The notes under the pieces are model-generated. The model searched no databases, was not told the origin of the DNA, and saw only the letters and a program-made list of their open reading frames with translations. From the NCBI GenBank assembly GCA_002269645.1, contig NIVC01001565.1, positions 62,001 to 126,000 of the forward strand: 64,000 nucleotides of DNA, read 5' to 3'. This document shows, one piece after another, positions 26,590-41,547 of this stretch. Made by a program: the position numbers and the translations under genes. Every line of letters begins with the position of its first letter. The first letter of the stretch is position 1. This DNA is from Macrostomum lignano (Eukaryota).

Positions 26590-26948
26590 TGGGGATCCCA
26601 GTCTGAGGCTCTGGGATGGCTGTGGACACATCCCGAGGATCTGGGATGGCCGTGGACACATCCTGGTGATTTGGGATGGCTGCGGACACAACCTGGGGAT
26701 CTGGGATGGCTGCGGACTGAATCTACAATAAGTATCAGAAATGGCTCCAAGGATCTGGATCGATGGCTGCGGACTAAATCTACAATAAGTATCAGAAATG
26801 GCTGCAGACACAATCCAAGGATCTGGGATCGATGGCTGCGGACACAACCTGGGGATCTGGGATGGCTGCGGACACAACCTGGGGATCTGGGATGGCTGCG
26901 GACACAACCTGGGGATCTGGGATGGCTGCGGACACAACCTGGGGATCT
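26590..26948. repeat. 30-bp minisatellite (GGGATCTGGGATGGCTGCGGACACAACCTG)n in RPL8 intron
   Basis: Tandem copies plus two longer variant units. Confidence 0.9.
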
Positions 26949-27042
26949 GTTTCTGGTAGGTTGGCCCAGCCTGGTCCTATTAACAAAAAGAAGCAATAAG
27001 TAGAAACACAGGATTTGAAACTGAATATCTAACAGTCCGCAC

Positions 27043-27322
27043 CCTTCTTGCCACAGTAGATGAACTGGCCAGTGTGAACGCCCTCAGCGGCAACAAAGGT
27101 CTCAGTGACCTGCCTGTACCGGTAGGGATCGCGGAAGGCCACCTTAGCAAGCGGAGCACCGCGGCCGGGATCGTGGATAATGTCCCTAACAACGCCCTTG
27201 ATGTAGCCGTTGCGCTCGGCAAAATCGATTGGCCTAAGCCTGGCGGCTCCCTTTCTACGCTTGGTATGCGAGCGGAACACGCTGCCTGCGCCCTTACGCT
27301 GGGACCTGATCACCCGACCCAT
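27043..27322 (-). CDS. RPL8: 60S ribosomal protein L8, first coding exon
   Basis: [30 protein letters not shown]...YCGKK; donor G|GTGCG after nt 280 (phase 1). Confidence 0.96.
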
Positions 27323-29772
27323 TGCATGAATGTGAAATTATTACAGTAACAGACTACTAATTAGTAGACAGGTTAAATAATGTAAATACTCAGGTATTAT
27401 CCTGATTTCTAATCCTAAGATTCGAATGAAAAATGATATTCCAATCCAGCCAGACTTCTAAACTTTTAGCCTATCTAACTTTCAAGCAGGCATCAAGCCA
27501 TAAACTACATCTAATTTTTAGTATACACACACAGATATGATAGAGAAATTATTCATAGATTTTTAAAATATCAAAGCCACAGTTATCAAAATAAAAGCTA
27601 TGAATACATTCTAACTAAGATGAATATACAATACTTACTTAAGGTACTTACTCGTATACTTATGATATTTAAAAATGAATAATGAAAAGTTAAGCATAAT
27701 AGTCATTAAAAATGTGCAGCCTGGATTATTATTTTAGCAAATGTTTTTTCTAACTGAAAAGAAAAAAGTTTTTATATGACACTTATAGCAGGATCCTATA
27801 TGCAGAGTCTTGAAAAATACTATTTTAGGACTAAGAAATTGTGACAAATGTGAATTGACTAACTACATTAGACCAATTGTGTCAATGATATGAAAATATA
27901 TTTCAATAAAAAGATTGATTACAACTTACATTGAAAACTCAGAATTTGATAAAATAGGGGATAGGGGACAGGGGATATAGGAATAGGGGGCCAACTTAGA
28001 GATAGGATATTGTACCTAATACTAATAGCTAGCATAAATTTTAATACAATATTATATATTCTAGTTTTATCCCTAGGACCTAGAATAGAAAGGTTGCTTG
28101 TTTTTTTAGAGGTTGGATGAGTAGAAAATTTTGGTTAAGCATAAAATTTTGTGAAATTTTCCAAGTTGGGCATGATTGTGATTGTGAATGTGATTTTATA
28201 TGTGCAAACATGTATTACAAGCTTGTAAGTTACAGTGTAAAAATAACAAAACAAGAAAATAAACCATTGTATATTAGATAATAGATACTTGGTAAATGCT
28301 GTCAAGTCAACAAATATAAAATATCATGATCATGCCCGACCCTTTTTGTTTTTTTTAAAAGTTAAAAATATTAATATTAATGAAATAGCTATAGTACAAT
28401 CCTACAATTTTTAATTTTATTCTAAATTTAAAATTAAATGTCAAGTGAAAGAGAAATAAACTGATTTAATTAGCAGGTCTGCAGGTGCAAGCCCAAATGA
28501 AAGAAAAATCAGACATGCTTAGAGCTTATCTTAATATTTTGTTTATAAATATTATTCTGATTATTATCCAAAATAATTTTATTGTTTCCTATTGATACTT
28601 CAGCCTTTGCATTTAATGGCCTCTACCTCAAGTCTAAGTGATTTTAGAAAAGTCCAAGGAAGTGCCATGTGGGTATTTTTTCAAGAACTTAATGGTAGAA
28701 TAACAATAATGTTGCTTATAAAACCTGTGCCAAGCATGTTCTATAGTACTTTGGCATAATGGAAAACATGAAGTGCCACTTGGAATCATAGCATCAAGAT
28801 AAAGTTAAGGAACTAAAAATTATAGAATTTTTTTGTGAGCATGAAAAGAAAAGAAAAGGCAGTGATAATGGAGATCCACCATTAAAGTAGCCTAAAATCA
28901 GCACATGGTTTTTTTCAGAATAAGCAATGAGCTCTAGGCAGATTCCAATCTGCAATCTGTTGCTATTGACAATAGCATTGTTAAGTTTATTGCATTAGAT
29001 TGCTAGCCATTTATTGTTATAGAAGGTAGTGGCTTTTGACAACTTCTATAAGCAATGGCTTTTTAGTATTGAATTTAATATAGCTGCTTTTACCATAATA
29101 AACTTGATGCCCTTTTTTCTAATAAAATTAATTCAAAGGTTTAGTTAGAGATTGCCAAATGTGACAAATTTGCTATAACTTCTGACTTATAGAGTGAGAG
29201 ACCTTTAGCTTTCATGTCTTTCACATTTCATTTGATTACAGAGGAGTAGAGAACTTTGAGCAAAAGCAATGATTACTCTTAGTAAAGCCATTTGATAATG
29301 CTCACATTGGGCTCAACATCTTAGCATTGTTTTCTATAACATTGAGAGACTAAGAGATTGACCAAAAAAGAATCCATATCCTCCTACATGATGAAGCTAA
29401 TAATATGATGCTAGCTAATCAACTGCTCAATGTGATATCAACTCATTGCACTATATATAAACTGCACTTAGTTATTAGCAAGTGTAGTCTCTTGCTAACA
29501 TAGGCTTAAGAGCATTTGTAACAAAGCAAATAGTATTGATAGACATTTCCACTACTTGGTTATAGCATAATCCAATTTATCAAAGTTGCAAGAGCAGCTA
29601 TAGCTATTTTTGCATAGCCTAATCATTGATATCAAGACTAATTTGAATTTAAGTGTGTGCTAGCTATCATAAATGTATGCTAGAAATTTTTGGTATATAT
29701 AATGATAATGCTAAGTGGGGTTATACTAGTATAGCAATATTTTACCCACATTTATCTAACTGGCTTCCTGGC

Positions 29773-31224
29773 TAGGGGTCAGACAAGATCTCAATCTTGA
29801 TCTTGATTATCAAGATCTTAGCACTGATTATCAAAATCATCATCTTGGTTTTGAGATGTTAAAAAAAGTCAAGATTTGTAACAAAGTGACTATTAGTAAC
29901 TACAATTTAGTTACTTTAGTTAGAATTATTATGTAATAATTGTTTTTCTTTCTATTATTATCATTATACATATATTAGCATTTTTAAATGTTTAAATATG
30001 TAGATAACATATTTAAGCATAAAAAATAACATATGAATATGAAAGCATATATAGCATACTAAATATTGTAGATAACAATAACAATATTAGCATTGATAAA
30101 TAGAATAGTATAAATAAAATAGGTTTATTAGTATTAGATGCTAATTAGGCTTGATCTTAAATCTTGATTAAATCTCAATTATCTTAAAAATATAGATCTT
30201 GACTCTTAAAGATCTCAAAAATATAATAATGTCTAACCCATTGGGCACTATTAATAAAAATCTTAAATTCTGTTAATAGCAAAAATGTAAGCATTAAAAG
30301 AAAAAAATCTTTATTTATAAATTCTTAATTTTGTTAAGGTAACTTAAAGTCTATTAAAGTTAATATATTAACAATTATCAATTGATAATTGATAATCAAT
30401 TGATAATTGATATTGGCAATTGATCATTGACAATTAATAATTAATAATCAATTGATAGTTGTCAATGATAATTGATAATTATTAACAATTGTTAATCTAA
30501 AAAATATTATAAAAACTATAAACATCTTTGATATTGCACTATATTTTTTATCTTTTTAGCAATAACACAAAGGTTATCTAAGCAGTTACAACAAGCTCAA
30601 AAGTAATAAATAATAATTAAAAAAGCTTATATATATAATACTTACTAAAAGTAAGTAAATAGTAAAAGAAGTTATTTATTTATTTGAAACTTAAAAGCTA
30701 ATTAATTAATATTAATAATATGAATTTAAGGATGTTTCAGTAATGTCACTTAGTAGGCATAGCAAAAATCTATGAAAGATCAGGAAAGAAGTAAATAAAT
30801 TAAAGCAATTGATATTCACACACAAGCAATAAAGCTTATTATTTTAATTCATTATTAAAGTTCATTACTTAAGAAGTTGTTACAATTACAATTGCATGAT
30901 CATTGTCATAAAGAAATTAATTAGGCATTTAGATAAATTCAAATATATTTGTAATTTTATAACTTCTTTATTAGACTTGTATTTTTGTTTTTTTGCATCT
31001 TTGGTCATTGACATTACCATTAATGCTAATAATAAATCTATTGTTAACTCAAGTACTCAACTCACAAAATTATTGGGCCTAGGTCTAACACAAATTTGTT
31101 TATCTATTAGGGGGCCTAGTTAAAAATATCTTATTGGCAATCTATTAATCAATTTTTATGAAAAAAATCTTAACACTTATTAATGCTTATCAATGGACTG
31201 GTGCCCAACACTGTCTAACCCCTA
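29773..31224. mobile_element. Non-autonomous hAT-type element A (composite, contains nested element B)
   Basis: TIRs TAGGGGTCAGACA / TGTCTAACCCCTA (12/13 match); perfect 8-bp TSD TTCCTGGC at 29765-29772 and 31225-31232. Confidence 0.88.
30240..31213. mobile_element. Non-autonomous hAT-type element B nested in the right TIR of element A
   Basis: Right TIR GTGCCCAACACTG; truncated left TIR ATTGGGCAC; 8-bp duplication TCTAACCC at 30232-30239 and 31214-31221; the same CAGTGTTGGGCA terminus recurs at 32901. Confidence 0.72.
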
Positions 31225-31701
31225 TTCCTGGCTATATGCATGATATATTGACTTGATTATAAGTATATCAATACAATAATAGAAACAAACACTCGACTCA
31301 GTCAGCCGAGTCAGGGGTTTGTCCAGAAAATTTTCGAGGGGGGGGGTTAAGCTATAATAGCACTACAAACCAATATTGAAAAATAGATCTTATATAAGTT
31401 ATACATAAAACAAGTATGACCCAAGTTTTTCTGGCCATGGCTTAAAAAAGCCATTACCAGAAAAACACTAGGCGGCTAGGCCTAGCCTATAGGCCTACTA
31501 TAGTAGTAGGGGCCTAGCATAATTGTTTGAAGTCATGTAGCACTAATGCTATCACTGCTTATTGTTATTAATGGTACTATTATCAAAAAATTTACTAGGG
31601 CCTATTCAAACCAAACACTGCCATATTTTAAAATCCAAAACAACTTTAGCAGTTCAGCTAGATTAGACTAATTTTTTAATGAATCATCATCAAGTTATCA
31701 G

Positions 31702-32099
31702 CAGGGTTTTTTTATGCGCAGTGTGCGTATGCACCCTAAATTTTAAAATCGCACCCTGAAATTAAAAAAGTAGGTGCGGACCGTGCGGTTTAGGTGCAGT
31801 CTTATAACCATTTTTCTTTAAAGGCTTAACCATGCTTAAGCTATTTTTCATGCACTGCCTTAAAATATAAAACAAAATAACTCTTTAGTTTAAATCCTAT
31901 TAAGTCATATAGGCGATTTGGCTATGGCTATAGCCTTATGTAAGATATTAAAATATACATTTCCAGTTGTCTGAAACAAAATTCCCAAAAATTCCCAGTT
32001 GTCCCAGTTGTCAGAAATTGCACTCTGAGCCTTAAAATCGCACCTTGAAATTTGGCACAAGGTGCGATTTCGCACCTTGTCTCTGGCGAAAAAACCCAG
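31702..32099. mobile_element. hAT-type MITE, 398 bp
   Basis: TIRs CAGGGTTTTTT / AAAAAACCCAG; 8-bp TSD GTTATCAG at 31694-31701 and 32100-32107; subterminal AATCGCACC motifs and a 13-bp hairpin at 32035-32070. Confidence 0.88.
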
Positions 32100-32149
32100 G
32101 TTATCAGTATGCATATCAGATCAGCTAGATATTGATATTCAAGATCCTT

Positions 32150-32720
32150 AAACGCAGAATACTTTTTAAATAATTGCGTAAATAGGTTTTTGTAGCTTAA
32201 AATTCTCATTGAAACAGATTTAAACGTTTAAAAAACGTTTTTGTTGTTAAAGATGTTTCATCTTTTTACTAAAACTGTTGAAAAATCTAGCACATAAGCT
32301 AAAAATGTTTAAACCAGTACAAGCAACGGCGCAAATTTTCGATTTGTACTACATTTCACTTCGGCTTTGAAATAATTTTATGAAGCGAGTAGCGAGAAAC
32401 GAAAAAAATAACGGTACAGTTTATCTTGAGATTAAGTATTCAGTTAGAATATTTCGTCTAATAGCAACTTTACGTCTGTTTTAAGTCATACTGTTGTTTC
32501 AATATACGTAACTTTTTTAATAAGTTAACTAAGTTTAACGTATTTTTCGGTACAACCAGATTGTATTTCTTTAATTAAAAGGTTTTAAGTTGTATTTCGA
32601 TGTCCTACAATAACCTGTCGCAATATGAAATTGTACAGGGACTGGATCAGCAGGTGAGTTTAAAATCTAAGAAGTTTCTAAGACGTTTTTATAATTTCTT
32701 TTTTATATATTCGGGCCTAT
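32150..32720. promoter_or_regulatory. CpG-retaining island, probable DDX3 promoter and possible bidirectional RPL8/DDX3 promoter
   Basis: Many CG dinucleotides in unique sequence within an otherwise CG-poor 11-kb stretch; contains the DDX3 start exon; TSS not located. Confidence 0.55.
32600..32653 (+). CDS. DDX3: DDX3/PL10 exon 1 (MSYNNLSQYEIVQGLDQQ)
   Basis: ATG at 32600, donor CAG|GTGAGT; joins in phase 0 to FSSLS..., giving GLDQQF as in the human DDX3X N-terminus GLDQQFAGL. Confidence 0.88.
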
Positions 32721-32900
32721 TTAAGTAATTGACTCACAATCTGTTTAACTTTAGGTTATTGCTGGCGTAGTAGTAGTTTGTAATACTAAATAGACTAGCA
32801 CTAGCAGCTTAGACTGAAACAATGACTATAATTTAAGGTAAAATAAAGTATCTGATCATTATAAATACCCATGAATTTTCAAAAGTTCATCATGTAAATA

Positions 32901-33070
32901 CAGTGTTGGGCAAGTTACTTTGATTTATTAAAGAAGTAACTTCTGGTTGGTTAAGTAACTTCCAGTTCCAAGAAAAGTAACTTCTGGCACTTGTTCTGGT
33001 ACCAATACTTTTGAAAAAAGTAACTTCTGGTACTTTTGTTACCAGTCCTTTCTAATTTTAAAGAACCACC
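32901..33070. mobile_element. Partial hAT-type element end (CAGTGTTGGGCAAGTTACTT with repeated AAGTAACTT subterminal motifs)
   Basis: Terminus shared with element B; AAGTAACTT repeated at least four times; no matching right TIR or TSD found. Confidence 0.5.
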
Positions 33071-33334
33071 AGCTGAAAAGTGCTTAAACATGTCTTTGTG
33101 AAAAAAACAAAATAATAAAGTTGAACATGCTTTTATTCCTCAAATAAAGATGCTACATCTACATTGTATTATTATTATTATTAATATTATCACATCTAAA
33201 ATTTAAGTGAATAAGCAAAATCTTTTATAAAATAAGGATTAGCAATATATTAGGTCAAGACACTGCACTTGCAATTTGCAGAAAAATTTTGAAGGCTAAT
33301 TTTCAGATATTGATTCTTTTCATAACTTCATAAG

Positions 33335-33745
33335 CCATTTTGCGGATGGTGGGGTGTATGCTAGAAAATTCCGACATACACTTGATTTCCGTGGCATACA
33401 CCAGCATATATTTCTTGGCTGTGTACAGTATGGCATATAGTATAATGTATGACGACTGGCGTAGAAATTAATATAAATAATTTTTTTGTGCTTTTTCTAT
33501 GTTATGTTATTTCAAAAACCTTTTTTTCTGCTACTATTTTCTCATTTACCAATCATTTTAATTACTAGAATTGTCACAACAATTGTCATGTTGTTATCAA
33601 TTTTTTGTAGTTTAAATTTAAATTTAAATATTTGTTGATTTTTTTACCATTTTTTTAAGTTGGCATACATTTGAAATCTGTTGGCGTACAATTGAAAATT
33701 CAATAAAATGTGTCTGGCATACATAGAAAACCTTCCGCAATATGG
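33335..33745. mobile_element. MITE, 411 bp, 8-bp TSD (superfamily unassigned)
   Basis: TIRs CCATTTTGCGGATGGT / ACCTTCCGCAATATGG (14/16); TSD TTCATAAG at 33327-33334 and 33746-33753; repeated GGCATAC subterminal motif. Confidence 0.85.
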
Positions 33746-33876
33746 TTCATAAGTATATATAAAGATAATTTTTGTCTAATTGGTGTGTCACAATATGTAG
33801 AATACTTCAAGAGACTTTTATTTAAGGACAACTTGAGTAAAATGATAGGAAACATTGTTTCTTAAAAAATTTTTAA

Positions 33877-34334
33877 AGGCAAGTTTTTCTAAAAAATATA
33901 CTTTTCATTCTTCATTTTTTTAGCACAAAAATTGTTGTTGCTTTTGATAGGAGACAGATCTAGTGTTCATCTTTTGATATATTGTTCTTTTCTTATTTTG
34001 CTATTGATATTCATAAAGCTTTGCATTTAAAAAGTTAGGATTCTATGTTAATTTTTTATTCTATGTATTCTATCTAGCATTCTAGATACCTAGTAGAAAT
34101 GATAAAATAGATTCAGAAAATAAAGATTAGAGCTGCGTAATGAATTAAAAAAAATTAACATAGAATCCTAATTTTCTGAATAAAAAGCTTTATGAATATA
34201 AATAGAGCAATAAAAAAGCACAATATATCAATAGATAAATACTAGATATGCCTCCTATCAAAAGCAATAATAATTTTATTGCTAAAAAATGAAAATTGCC
34301 TATCTCTGTAGTGTAATTTTTAAGAAACCTGCCT
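33877..34334. mobile_element. Fold-back MITE with TTAA target and AGG...CCT ends (Kolobok-like)
   Basis: TTAA|AGGCAAG...CCTGCCT|TTAA; internal perfect inverted repeats of 22 bp (34035-34056 vs 34150-34171), 16 bp (TTGCTTTTGATAGGAG) and 12 bp (TTCATAAAGCTT). Confidence 0.82.
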
Positions 34335-34529
34335 TTAAAAATTTTTCAAGAAACAAGGTTTTCCATCCTTCTACTTAAGTCATCCTTGCTTTTATTTGGT
34401 GTGGGTCATTCTCTGTTGCCCTATTATGAATAATTCCTATAGTATTGTGCTGTAGTTTTATAGCAGCTATACTTTTCAGTAGTATTTTTTATTAGAGGCA
34501 GGAGGGTTGTGTGCACCCTGGCGTACTTT

Positions 34530-34841
34530 AAGCGACATAGGCACACAACTGGTGAGAGGCATTACTGCCCATTCCGATGACTCCCCTGAGTAGGCATAAA
34601 AGAGTGTAGATACGTATGCAGGCACACACACACAGGAGTGTACAGCAGCCCTAACTTTATAATATCATTAGGCATATACACTTCATTGCACCTTGGGGGG
34701 TTGGCTCTCAAGGCCATTAATTGCATAAGCAGAGCCAAGCCGAGATTCCAATTCAGCCCCAAATTAATGTGACTGCACTTGGAATCAAGCCTGGGTCACT
34801 GGCACACTATAGCAGCTGCGCTACCACTGGGCTATGGCCCC
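34530..34841 (-). mobile_element. Decayed tRNA-derived SINE (second family)
   Basis: Minus strand GGGGCCA-TAGCCCAGTGG (A box)...GGCTTGATTCC (degenerate B box) at about 34781-34841; 3' boundary uncertain. Confidence 0.6.
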
Positions 34842-36159
34842 CTCTTTTCAGTAATATAGTATAAATATACTTTTGTATACTGCTAACTCATTTAGAATCA
34901 ATGATAATCTTCTGGCAGCCTTGGAAATACCAATTGACAATTAAGAAAAACAAATGGCTGGAAATTGATAGATGGGCCAATGGACAAGACTTTAAGTAAT
35001 TTGATTACTGCTTCTACATTGCAATTATAAAATTATAATTAGCCTCAAGAGTTAAAAGTCAAAACACTCTTAGAATGCATCACTCATGTCATCCTGCACA
35101 AACATCAAAATAAAGAAATTAGCCTTCAAAATATTTTTCACAAATCACAAATATAGCATCCTATAGCAGATATTTCCAAACATGTTTCCAAGTATAAAAA
35201 AATCAATAAACTTAAACCAAGTAAAACAAAAGAAATAAAACTTTTGAAATAAGAAAATATATTAAAATAACAAAAATGCTATATTTTATGTCATATTGTT
35301 CATTTTGTAGTAATATATTCAAAAGAAAGGTATATCAAGTAAAGTTACTAAACCTTAGGACCTTTAAGGCTAGTGTTCTGCTGCCATTACACTTACAGTA
35401 AAATTATAGGGGTGGCACTTTTATAGCCATATTTTCATTATGGATTATGGCTAAGGCAATTTTTTAGCTTATAGATATAGCTATGGTTACAGATTGCAGC
35501 AAATTTCTAAACTTTGTCATAATGGTTATCTATTATGGAAATTGTTGGCATTAAGTAAAAAATAAAAAACATGTAAAACCAGTACACAAAATAAACTTAT
35601 TTAGTATTTACTAATCTTTTAAATTAATATTTGTTAAATAGGTATAAGGAACTAGCACTTTCTATGAAACTTCAAAAATGTTTTATTTGCTTGTCTAGTT
35701 GTCTTGCTTGTTTTTGATAAACTTGCACTTTAATTATGATGCTAATCCAATCTGTTCTGTCTTGTTTTTTTGCATGTACTACAGTTTTTTTTATACAAAA
35801 GTAGCTACAGTTATGATTATGGCAGTTGAAACTTGTGGTGGCAAAACACTATTTAAGCCATTGAACCTAAAGTCACAAAAACATTTTTGGTAATCATTGT
35901 TTAAGTACAATCATTAGTTTAGTTTTTTTCAAAATGCAAATACATAGACTTATGGTAAAGCTCTCAAATCTCAAATTGCACAAATGTAATGCCAGTTAGT
36001 ATTAGTAATTAGAATTAGCTAGAATAAGTTATATAAGAGTTAAATTTAATTCAAACTTATTTACTCTCCATTAAGTCTTAATTCTTATTATTTCATTTGA
36101 ATTTCACTTAAAATAGTTGACTAATTGCTTATTTAGATCATTAATTAGATGACAAGGCA

Positions 36160-36720
36160 TTTTTGTTCTCATAAGTATCAAACTTTAAATTTGAATCTAC
36201 TATTCTACATAGTCCCCTCCAGGGTCAGGCACTTCTCCATGCCGTGTTGCCATCTCTCTAGGCCATTTGCTTAGAACTAAGGAGGCTTTGTAGCAAGCCA
36301 CTATATAGTAGCCTTTTTGGCAGCCTCTTTGTCCTCCTGTTGGACTCCTTTAATTGCTTTCTTCAGCTTGGGAAACAAAAAAGTCTTAAGGAGCCAAATC
36401 AAGGCTATATGGAGGATGCTAGAGGATTTCCCAGCAGACATCTTGCAGGCCTTTATATTAGAGCCAAGAAATGTGGGCTGGTGCATTGTCACTGTGAAAG
36501 CAAATCCCACAGTGTAGCTTGCCAGGTCATTTTTTGGCTAATTTGGAGCAGAACTTTTGTAGAAGCAACTTATTAGGTAGCATTTATGGTCTTCTAGCTT
36601 TCCAAAAAAGTCTACTATCACCAGTCACCACTCCCTCAATATCCCAGATGGTTGCCAAGTTTCAAAGTGCAATGATTTTGGCTAGCTTCCAACCAACTTT
36701 TACAAGAAACTTCACCTCAG
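36160..36720 (-). pseudogene. Decayed mariner (DD34D-type) transposase C-terminal fragment in DDX3 intron 1
   Basis: Across frameshifts the minus strand encodes ATIWDIEGV, FHSDNAPAH, HPPYSLDLAP*D..FPKLKKAIKG and KCLTLE(G)DYVE*, all typical mariner motifs. Confidence 0.85.
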
Positions 36721-37289
36721 TGCTAGCTTCAATTTTTTAATTTTCTGTTGCTAAAAGGGTATACTGTGATTAGAGCATCATCATGCAAACATCAATCACT
36801 TAAGAAGAACCAAACTATCAAATAAAGAACAAAAAATATATTTTTAAATGAAACCAGTTGCAGTCAATACCTCATATGCTAATGAGCCCAATTATAACTC
36901 TCAGATTAATTTGGCAAATTGGTATATAAAATATTCAAAAAACAAAGTTTTTTAATGTTTTCAATGGGTGCTCTACTGAATTTTGGACTGTAAATCTAAA
37001 TGCCTACCATGGTGGCTTAGTGTGCTTCTAAAAAATTCAAATGATTCTTTCAATTGGCACTTTACTTGAACTTTGAATTTTGGACTCTGAGTCTGAATGC
37101 CTACCATGCAGGGGCTTAGTGTGCTTTTAAAAAATTCAAACAAAAAAAATTGATTTAGAAATAAGTCAAATATTTGAAAAACAGTTTTTTAATGATTTCA
37201 ATGCTTAAATTTTGAATTTGAATGCCTCCTAATGATGGCTTAATGTGTTAATATTGTACTATATGCAAAAAAAATTTGTAGTAGAAAAG

Positions 37290-37920
37290 AAAAGGATTAT
37301 AGCACTAGATGAAGAAAGGATTATTACATTTAATGTAATATGTGTTATTGCACTTATTAAAAAAGGATTATTGCATTAGCTTAGAGAGGGATTAGCTAAC
37401 TAGATGAGAAAAGGATTGTTATCCTAGATAAAAAAGGGACTATTGCACCAGCTGAGATAAATTATTGCATTGGCTAAAAATGGATTATTAAACTAGCTTA
37501 AAAAGTCAAAAAGAATTCTTGTACCAGATGGAAAAGGATTATTGCACTAGACAAGACATAGATTATTGTACTAGATAAAAAATGGTTTCTTGCACTAGAT
37601 AAAAAATGGTTTCTTGCACTAGCTAAAAAAGGAATTATTGCACTAGCTGAAGAAGTTGGTGCACTAGGTTGCTATTTGTGGGGTGCTTATTATTTGGAGG
37701 GTGCTTGTTATTGGGGGATGCTTGTTAAATGGGGGTTGTTTGTTATTGGGAGATACTTGCTCTTAGGAGATGCTTGCTCTGGGGAATTGCTGAGGTATCA
37801 AGGCTTAATAGGGGAATTTCTAAGATGTCAAGGCTTAATGGGGGAATTACTAAGATGTCAAGGCTTACTAGAAAAATTGTTAAGATGTCAAGGCTTACTG
37901 GGGAATTTCTCAAGTGTCAG
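37290..37920. repeat. Degenerate tandem repeats (AAAGGATTATTGCACTAGAT-like, and a 27-bp ATGTCAAGGCTTAATGGGGGAATT-like unit)
   Basis: Diverged tandem copies at about 37290-37650 and about 37785-37920. Confidence 0.7.
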
Positions 37921-38396
37921 GGGCAAATTAAACTAGTTGAAGCACTATTGTATATTCTAAACAAATTTAATTTTACCATTTTTACTTGTGATTGATACTT
38001 TTAAGCATATTTAATACAAATTCAATGCTAGATTTTTTCATTGAATTCCATATTGAATAGGCTTAAGAACTCAAGTTGAGTGAGGCTAAGTTTATTAGAT
38101 TCTGGCATTAAACTGAGATGCAGTTAAAGCTAGCAAAGTCATTTTTATTAAGGCTTAATTGCATGTTTAATATGGCTACATGACATTTAAGCAAAGTAAT
38201 GTTTTAGTGAATCCTAGAAGTAATGGTTTGGCAAGTATTGTAAAATTTTGGTGAATCCAAAAAGTAATACTGATATTGATATAGAAGAAATATTGCAATT
38301 ATTTTTTAACTCTAAAAATTCAAGCCAGATAGCAATGCCCTTTTCTGCCAATAGTAAGCCATTGTTAGACATTAAAAAGGCTGCTAGGCATTATAG

Positions 38397-40369
<1,973 letters not shown>

Positions 40370-40392
40370 TAGGCTCTGCTCACAGATGCTAA

Positions 40393-40820
40393 TATAACTT
40401 ATTAGGGCCACTCAGGCATATATACTCAGTAAAACAGCTTTCTACTTTCAGTTCAGTATACATAAGCTTATTTTATAAAAATGAAGGCAGCTGAAATGAC
40501 TTTGATAAGCTTAGAAGCCCAAGCTTGCAGGCGTAAACAGCTTGCTAATTGGTTCAGCAATAATGTACATTAGCCAGTCCACTGAAATGTACATGGCAGC
40601 TTTAGGCTGGAATTCCGAGAAAGGCAATAAAAATTTGGGGCGGGACGGTGGGGCAGTGTAAAAAGGCGCGGTTGGAGGGTTTAAGCTGGGGGGTAATAAA
40701 TGTATGGGGTAATAAAAGAGCCAATAAATGAGCCTTGGCTTTAAAAGTACAGTAAAATGCTTCTGTTTAACTTACTACTTAACTGAAAGTAGTTTATACG
40801 CAAATGTGCTGTGTGACTCT
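40393..40820 (+). mobile_element. MITE copy 1 (decayed TIRs) in DDX3 intron 3
   Basis: Colinear and highly similar over about 400 bp to 42750-43192; right TIR degenerate. Confidence 0.8.
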
Positions 40821-41055
40821 GTGGCTTGGTTGGTTCTGCCATTGATTTAAGTTGGCTCCATTACCCGTCTTTGTGTTATCCTACTATTTAACTGGATAGG
40901 CGAACAGATCGGGTTACTCTGTATTTTGTAGACATTTCTTTATGCAATAAGCACTACTGAGGCTTAAGTAGTCTGTTTAGTTTATCGAAATGAAACCCCC
41001 TTATCGTAGGAATAGGCTTGATTCAGTTCGTATTTTCACCGCGCTACTATTATAA

Positions 41056-41547
<492 letters not shown>

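Noticed and set aside
31312-31500. Additional MITE beginning CAGGGGTTTGTCCAGAAAATTTT
   Set aside because: It looks like a transposon end, but I found no matching right TIR or TSD.
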